DNA of 64,000 nt, from positions 5,952,001 through 6,016,000 of the forward strand of contig OZ024750.1 in NCBI GenBank assembly GCA_964016885.1. Reading direction: 5' to 3'. The notes beneath the pieces were generated by a model. The model was not told where the DNA came from and made no database searches. It worked only from the letters and a program-made list of their open reading frames with translations. This document shows, in pieces, positions 54,933-64,000 of this stretch; the first letter of the stretch is position 1, and each line of letters opens with the position of its first letter. The stretch comes from Eledone cirrhosa. Lineage: Eukaryota. Made by a program: the position numbers and the translations under genes.

Positions 54933-55559
54933 ATGTGTGTGTGTGTACGTGTATGTATGTGTGTATACATATGTGTGAGTGTATACATATGACTATATCT
55001 CTATCGCTAAAATGATTATGTTATTGTTTATGAGAATTACATATCCCGAGATCCTGAGACACTATCTTCTTCCCTTTCGGCAGAAGATCTTGAGAGCAAA
55101 TAAAGACGGCAGAGAATTCAATGATGGAAACTTCTAATGAGATAACATTCGGCTCTTATTTTTTGGATCAGTGAATAAAATGCATGGACCCTTCCAGCAG
55201 TGTATGTGTGATTACGAAACACTGCAATTTAATCAAGAGACATGTATGACATATACAAGCTTATCTGCAAGAATGATTATTTGTACAATGAGTGAATCAC
55301 CTTGTTCATTTGTTTACTACAATTTTTCGCGTATCTTTCAACTTGAAATAAAAAAACAAAAAGCAAACAAAAAAAAAAGAAAAGAAAAAACCTCAGAATA
55401 TTTGCACAATTCTTTCCATTTCGTATTTTTGGGGGTTTTGTTTTAAAACATATAATATATACGTTTGTGTATAATTCACTGGTGTTTCTTTAAATATACT
55501 CAAATATATATTCAAATGTATATTAATACGTAGGTATGCATTCATAAACCCACACGAAT

Positions 55560-55590
<31 letters not shown>

Positions 55591-56118
55591 GATTTATACA
55601 TTCACACACACACATAAATTCATATACGCACAGATATATATACATTCTCACACACACACACACACATATATATACATTCATACGTGTGTGAAAGATAGAG
55701 ATAGAGAGAGATAGAATGTGTGTGTGTGTGAGAGAGAGATAGAGAGATAGAGAGATAGAGAGAGTGTGTGTGTGAGAGAGAGTGTGTGTGTGTGAGAGAG
55801 GTGTACGTATATTTATATGTCTGTACCTGTACATATACAGAAATTGAAACGAAAATTTGTTCGCGTGATTTTACTGATAGAAATTGACAATTATTACCTC
55901 GTGGGAGTAAGTAAATTGAAATATAGGCGTACGATTTTAAGATATGTAGAATCACAAAGCGAAACCATTTATAATTCTAATATATGTAAGATGCCATAAA
56001 AGTTCAAAATGATAACTGTGTGCAGAGAACGATAAGCAGCGTTCACAAAGTGCAGTTTGTTTGAATGTTTTATATTTTATATTTTATATGTATTTCTACA
56101 AGTGAACATAAACGAGCG

Positions 56119-56157
<39 letters not shown>

Positions 56158-56158
56158 G

Positions 56159-56219
<61 letters not shown>

Positions 56220-56390
56220 ATATATATATATATATATGTATGTATATGTATATATATATATCTATGTATATATGTATGTATATGTATATATATATATATA
56301 TATATATCTATGTATGTATATGTATATATATATGTATATATATATATAAATTTATATATATATATACATATATATGTATATTTATATATG

Positions 56391-56436
<46 letters not shown>

Positions 56437-56531
56437 CAAATATATATTTATATATATATTAATATAGAATATACGTGCATGTGTGGTTGTTTCTGTGTGC
56501 TTCGCTATTTACTCAGCATACATACACACAT

Positions 56532-56578
<47 letters not shown>

Positions 56579-57122
56579 TATGCATATATGATGACATGCC
56601 ATTATCATCTGTGTAAATATGCGAATCTGACTTCATCTACTTAGATCTTGATGAATATTCATGTGCCTCTCATATTACGAACAAACTTCATATATTTTAC
56701 TTAACTGCAAATAAACCTGACTGAAGTTCTTCATGTCACAATTTTAGATGATAAAATTCTATGCCTATTGAACAAATCAGATTTAAAAACACAATAATTC
56801 GGCGTTGCCTTCGTATCGAACAACAATAAAATCGATAATTCAAATCTTAACCCGGGATGCCGGTACCCCGAAGTGGTGCCAGATTCGTTTCTTGAGGGTG
56901 CGAGGAGAGGTTCAGAAAAATAATTTTTTTTCCGTTTATATCTCATTATTCAGTGTTCCATGACATTCTATTTGTTTCAAATTCTTAACTATGATCACAG
57001 TCTTATAATAGGAAATCTTAGAATCTTAGGAGTATCTTGTATCTTTATTAAACAAAAAGAAAATTGCATATGCTTTCATATACACCCTGTGAGGAATCAC
57101 GCCATGTTAGTCCAATAATTGT

Positions 57123-57233
57123 TAAAACTTTCATGTTATTTTAATAAATATTTACTCTACGGTTTTATATATTATATATATTATCCTTATCGAGCTCTCT
57201 TCTGATTTTAGTCTTCACATTTATTATTATTAC

Positions 57234-57236
<3 letters not shown>
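57123..57236 (+). mobile_element. Family B 3' tail
   Basis: TGTTATTTTAATAAATATTT...TTTTAGTCTTCACATTTATTATTATTACTA(TA)n matches 36240-36386. Confidence 0.7.
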
Positions 57237-57265
<29 letters not shown>

Positions 57266-57476
57266 CACACATACACACGTTTGTGTGTGTGCACTCATTC
57301 ACACACACACGACCAGAGATTTTTGGTCTTCCATGTCAACAAATCTCACCACACATTTTCTTTTTGTTTCGTTTATATATAAAAGTGTAAATCTTTAAAT
57401 ATAACATATATTATAGTTTTATTTTAAAAAAAACATATCGAAAAATATTACTGTTTCTATTTCCAGTTCCTGTACT

Positions 57477-57535
<59 letters not shown>

Positions 57536-58148
57536 TATGTGCCTATGTGTGCTGCATGTATTTTCCGTATAACTCGATTGCATTAATTTTAGTGCAAGTC
57601 GTGTTTATATAAATGTGTAACTAATGGTTTCTTGCTTGGAATGAACTGTTAAAATAGATAAATGGGAGAGGAATTGTAATAGAACTTGATAAATAAATAC
57701 ATATATAAATAAATAAACATATACACACATCTAATCATGTTTTAGCATTGCGGCTTTCATTTATCATTATTGGATTTAAAAAAAAAGTACCTCACGAAAT
57801 ATTTTGTTTTATAATTTGGAGAGCTTTTGTTAAATGCATGATTCCAAATCATTGTATGTAGAAATAAAATTAAAAGTGATTATTGATTGAGAATCAGTTT
57901 TACGGTTTTACGAATCGTTGTTTTCTAAAGTGAAATTTGCTGTTCCCTGTTTGTATTAAGCTAAGCTAAATTATGAAGATAAACCATGTCGATTATTGGT
58001 TTAGCCATTTCATATTACATTACACATATTTTACTCATCGTGTCCACTTCAGATCCATCGCAGTATGAAACGTGAGAAACTATACTTATATCTGCTGCCA
58101 AACAGTCCTGACAATAAACAAAGATATAAAACATAATACACGTGTACA

Positions 58149-58194
<46 letters not shown>

Positions 58195-58288
58195 CTTGCT
58201 CTTCATTCTTACTCTTGTGTTGGCATGGTGTGTGTGTGGGTGTGTGTATGTGTGTGTGTGTATGTGTGTGTGTATACATCTTTATGTA

Positions 58289-58341
<53 letters not shown>

Positions 58342-58409
58342 TGCTCTTCATTCTTACTCTTGTGTTGGCATGGTTTGTGTGTATGTGTGTGTGTGTATAT
58401 ATATATATA

Positions 58410-58526
58410 GGAGTGTGGCTGATTGGTTAGAGAACTGGATTCGCAATCGTGAGTTTGTCAGTTCGATTGCTGGACCGGGCGATTCGTTATGTCCTTGAGC
58501 AAGACACTTTATTTCACATTGCTCCT
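58410..58526 (+). mobile_element. tRNA-derived SINE 5' part with CORE/Meta-like domain
   Basis: A box TGGCTGATTGG, B box-like AGTTCGATTGC, then TGTCCTTGAGCAAGACACTTTA. Confidence 0.7.
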
Positions 58527-58848
58527 TCTACCTGGAGTTGTGACCAATAGTTAGTATTGGCAATTGGAAAGACCAACGGAAACATTTTTTCCTCGGTTCG
58601 ATTTGACGAAAGTCGATCGACAAATTTATATATATATATATATATGTTATCAAGACCTGATTGGTTTTTTCGTTGCTTTGGTTTTATGTGGCTGGGTCAC
58701 CGGTCGCAGTCTCCAATTTGTCAAGCTATCTAACGTATGTTATTACTCTAAGGTGACACAACCTTATCGAGGGCTTTGCTGCACATTCCTAATTGTATAT
58801 CGTCAGATTGGCCACAGCCAAAAGTTCGATTTTATTAAATTCCATTTG

Positions 58849-58888
<40 letters not shown>

Positions 58889-58890
<2 letters not shown>

Positions 58891-59084
58891 CGAAGGAAAT
58901 GTGGTAAGGAACCAGGTGGACGATAACGCACCAAAGTACTCAATACTTAGGGTAGTAGATTGGGTAATAGGAACGAGTAGGACCCCGACGGCTGAGCTCA
59001 AGCCGTTTCGACGGCTAATTCTGGATTCAGTCCAGAATTAGCCGTCGAAACGGCTTGAGCTCAGCCGTCGGGGTCCTACTCGTT

Positions 59085-59089
<5 letters not shown>
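58889..59089 (-). mobile_element. Family A Penelope-like fragment with perfect 59-bp fold-back
   Basis: 58967-59025 and 59031-59089 are exact reverse complements. (TA)n on both sides. Confidence 0.85.
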
Positions 59090-59141
<52 letters not shown>

Positions 59142-59669
59142 CATTGAATGAGATAGAATTAATAATATTAAACAAAGGATGCACTGTGAAGTAACATGAT
59201 AGAAACAGACAGTCGCTGATCCGGTTACTTAAGTGATATGCTATGTTTAAAATTGTTGAACCGTGGTTTCAATAATGACAGCAGTAGAGTTGTACATACC
59301 AGATCTGAAGTTCAGGATTGGTATGCTATATATAACAGTATTATTGGATATATGTTACAGTTTTGATAAAGTTGTGTTTTGATAAATTATTGGTTGACAT
59401 AATAGAAACCTCATTGTTTATTTTGATTATTGACACATGGAATTGATTAAAAAGAAGAATTATAATTTGATATTTTATTTCTGGGATATAATTACATAGA
59501 TGTCCAGGATTAAATCTACGAGGAATTTCAGAGAAATAACAATTTGTAGAGATAGAACTTCTCGTAGTAGACACGTGACTGAGATGTATTTTGTATATGC
59601 GTGTATGTTTGTGTATGTTTGTGTGCGTAAATATTACAGAGTTGAATATATATATACATATACATTTAT

Positions 59670-59845
59670 GTATGTATCTGTATATTTGACCGTTGGTCAG
59701 TCAGTGATGAACATTGATGGCCGAATCAATTAACTGTGGAGATATAAAAGATGCAGAAGCGAAAACCAACCAAACAGTTTAGTGTGTTCTGTTATTATTT
59801 CTGGCAATATTATTACAACAATATGACCCTCCCCAAGTATAACAA
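59670..59845 (+). mobile_element. Family C element, copy 2
   Basis: Matches 17170-17352. Confidence 0.7.
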
Positions 59846-60005
59846 ACACACACACACACACATATATATGTATATATATATGTATATATATATATATGGA
59901 AAGTATTGGTCAACTCGAAGACATCATGGAAGACACAGGCACAAGTTTTATTAAGCGCAAACCAAGTGGAGTCGGAGCGAAATCCTTAACACAACTATAT
60001 CAGCA

Positions 60006-60072
<67 letters not shown>

Positions 60073-60534
60073 AACAAAATACGCCAATTAGGAAGAAAAA
60101 CATCTATGCTGTTTCAACCTCTTGCTAGAAATAGTAGCCCAATACCCTGAATCACATCATAAATTCTTAAGAAAGAACACATTGGTTAGCAGGCCTATGG
60201 ACATTTCAGCTGAACGTTTCGTATTTAAACAGAAATATATTTTGTAAAACATCATGCGATGGCCTGATAACTCATAAACTTATTGTTATTATGAAGAGTA
60301 AGCTCAACAGATCTGTATGAGTTTTAAGGAAATATTTGACTGAAACTTCTTGGTGTAAATAAATTGTTCTTAGGTTTCAAATTTGCTTTCACAGTTATCG
60401 CTATTTCTCTACTTGTATTATATTGGTGTAGTTAAACAACACCACCACCATCACTACTGCTCGCTTGTACACTCTACATGCCTGTCACATCTCCCCCTCT
60501 CTCTCTCTGGATATACATATATACACATACCCAC

Positions 60535-60883
<349 letters not shown>

Positions 60884-61569
60884 AGCAAGCGAGGGGGAGA
60901 GAATGGACAGCAGACAAATGAAACAAAATCTGTGTTTGCCTGAATATATCATCGGTAGATTCTGTGTAAAACAAAATTTAGAACTGCCTGGTTAAAAGAA
61001 AATGAAGAGTCTACCTGAATTGGTCACGTAGTTCGTATGAGAAAATCATCTATATCCAAGCAATTATTCCAAGGTTTAATTTGGGATGTGCCACGAATCA
61101 TTATTACAAGCATCTACCTTTCAAGAAGAAAATAGTGGACAGTTAAAAGCACAAACAGGCAAATGACAAATTTCTGGAATCCATTCACACTTAACTGGTA
61201 ATCTTTATGAGATATATGTTTCAACAACCAGGTTGAGTTGGAAAAGTCAAATAACTTCAGCTCTCGTATAAAGTAGAAAAATGAATCTGTGAGATATATC
61301 TTAGTTCCTGTGGGAAGAATAGCATATAGAGGTTTCATTTTTTTTCTCTTTTATTGCTATCAGCTATTCGACTGTGACCAGGCCTTACCAGTAGCTTCTG
61401 AAATATAGTGGGATTCACTAACACTAGTATTTACTTTATCGACCATGGATGGTAAAGTGCCCCTGGACAGGGCTTGCTGGTAAACATCAGACCTCAGAAT
61501 GGTGCCATCATATACAACGAAATATTTTATCCGACGTCGTCGCGGTTCATGATTGACCAGGTATCTAAA

Positions 61570-61760
61570 AATAATTGTTTCTACTTTTGGCACAAGGCCA
61601 GCAATTATCCCAGTGCATTACTGGTACTTTATTTTATCGACCCTGCAAGGATGAAAGGCAATGTTTAACCCCGGTGAGATTTGACATCAGATCATAAAGG
61701 GCCGTAACTCTATGCTACAAAGCATGGCGTCCAACCCTCTACCGATACTGCCATTCCACT
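61570..61760 (-). mobile_element. SINE family 1, full length
   Basis: All modules present in reverse complement. Confidence 0.9.
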
Positions 61761-62075
61761 ATACAGCAATATGATGTTTGTTAATCGATTCCATGTTGCC
61801 TCTAATCCATTCTATCTAAGACCAAAAGCAAACTTTCCGACTTATTTCTAGACAGTGTTATTAGAACACTATATAATGTATCCTTCTCAATTTAAAACAG
61901 TAGGATACGGTTTAAAGAAAATGTGGCTGCTTTTTCCAATCACGTGATATTATGGCTCGAGGTTGTTTAAAGTAAGATCATCAACCCATATACGTAAACG
62001 AAAAACAGAAGAAAGAGAAAATGACGAGCAATAAAACGCAAGTGAAGATATATAAACAACCACATCTCTCTGTGT

Positions 62076-62149
<74 letters not shown>

Positions 62150-62168
62150 ATTTATGGATATATATATG

Positions 62169-62276
<108 letters not shown>

Positions 62277-62925
62277 CATCTGTACACATATATACTTGTA
62301 TGTGTGTATATACATGCGTATATATGCATACATATACTATTTATGTATGCGTGTGATGTATAAAACAGCTGGATTAGTAATAAAAATAAATTGTTTGAAG
62401 CAAATTAGCAGTCATATTCCCAATATACGTTGGTACATTTGCTAGACTCAAGAGAAAATAAACAATACATATCTGCTACTATTAAGAATTTCATTAAAAA
62501 TTATTATCGTTTACTCCCTATATTTCTAATATATTTGTTTATTTTAAACGTCTACATAAACATAATACTGAATACATAAGTAACCACGCGACCAACTCCA
62601 AACGATACAATAAAAACTGCAAGATGAAAAATGATCTCGAAAAAGACGGAGAAAACATCTACGAGGTATACCGAGGTAAATCTTTGCAAATATTATTTCA
62701 CGTTTAACTTATACTTTTTTCTCTTTTATGCCAAAGACAAAGTTTGTTTTCTTTTACTGTGTATATATATAAAGAGAGAGAGGGAGAGAGAACCAGGGAG
62801 ATTTATACATATACGTACACATATATATATATATTTACATATACATACATATATTTACATACATATATATATAATATATATATATATAATATATATATAT
62901 ATAATATATATATATAATATAATAT

Positions 62926-63113
62926 AAGAAAGGAGTCAGGACCCCGATGGCTGAGCTCCGGCCGTTTCGACAGCTATTTCTGAACTAGCTGTCGAAACGG
63001 CCAGAGCTCAGCCGTCGGGGTCCTGACTCTTTTCCTATTACCCACTCTACTACCCTAAGTATCGAGTACTCTGGTGCGTTATGGTCCACCTGGTTCCTTA
63101 CCTCACTTCCTTC

Positions 63114-63116
<3 letters not shown>
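62926..63116 (+). mobile_element. Family A Penelope-like fragment, fold-back copy
   Basis: Inverted arms at about 62926-62976 and 62986-63036, with the body continuing to (TA)n. Confidence 0.8.
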
Positions 63117-63206
<90 letters not shown>

Positions 63207-63403
63207 AAGAATCAAAGAACAGCTCAAAACATTATTGTGCTTACAGCTGTTTCCTCCAAACCGAGGTTTGGATTCTTCGGAGCAATTTATTAATGCATGG
63301 ACAGTTATATGACCTCCTTTTCAGCCGAGAGACATACCAACACATATTCAAACATACTATATATATATATATATTTATATATATGTATATATATTTATAT
63401 GTA

Positions 63404-63494
<91 letters not shown>

Positions 63495-64000
63495 ATGAGC
63501 ATGTGTTTGAGTATGTGTGTGAGTGTGTGTGTGTGAGTGTGTATGTGAGTGTGTGTATATATATTTGCACCCAGGTATTAACAAACCAACCAACCAAACA
63601 ACCAACAAAAAACGTACTCGACGCTATAGAGGAGCATACTTCATATCCACAAAACTAATAAGAAAAGAACATTCCTGTTGACCTGAAGGTTAGACCTATT
63701 CTAGGTTATATTTATGGTACTCATTGTAAATATCTCATTTGTTTTTTCCCATCTCGTCCAGTATTGGAGATATTGCAAAAATCCTATATATTCTCATTTC
63801 ATTGCGTTCCTATCTTTCTGTATTCTAACTCAATTCAATGCAATTCTACTTTTCGATACATTATAATATAGCTCTAATAAATGATATATATAATCTATAG
63901 AACACTCCAATAAATGTTTTCCACCGAATTACATTGTTGTATGTGAGTAGTTCTTGTTTTATATATGCATACATATATACATAAATATTCGTAAATAACA

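Noticed and set aside
58192-58375. 37-bp direct duplication (ATCTTGCTCTTCATTCTTACTCTTGTGTTGGCATGGT) as a TSD
   Set aside because: Only microsatellite lies between the copies, so this is better explained as slippage duplication.
58410-58480. tRNA gene (also 105-165)
   Set aside because: A and B boxes are present but there is no complete cloverleaf or T-run terminator. At 58410 the sequence continues into a SINE central domain.

Overview
AT-rich, microsatellite-saturated eukaryotic DNA with no protein-coding gene I can support. It is probably intronic or intergenic coleoid cephalopod (octopus-like) sequence; this is an inference from the SINE motifs and the (TA)n density. Nearly all long ORFs in the supplied track are translations of (TA)n, (CA)n, (GA)n or (TAG)n repeats. 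Recognisable content: about 20 full or partial copies of a tRNA-derived SINE with a Deu/Nin-like central domain, plus a second tRNA-SINE family; MITEs of Tc1/mariner, piggyBac and hAT type; decayed 3' fragments of RTE, R4/Dong-like, Tx1/L1-like and CRE-like LINEs; three copies of a bipartite non-autonomous RTE derivative; and several minisatellites. The most interesting signal is a set of short non-coding islands embedded in (TA)n runs. They belong to several distinct families and carry minimal type I hammerhead ribozymes (two look complete, several are decayed). They repeatedly form head-to-head fold-back palindromes whose outer ends stop at TA microhomologies, and two nearby TA arrays contain inverted copies of flanking host DNA. 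I interpret these as (TA)n-targeting, Penelope-like-element-derived insertions made by twin priming, with a recurrent U-U closing pair in ribozyme stem II. All family assignments come from motif recognition by eye; no database search or folding program was run.
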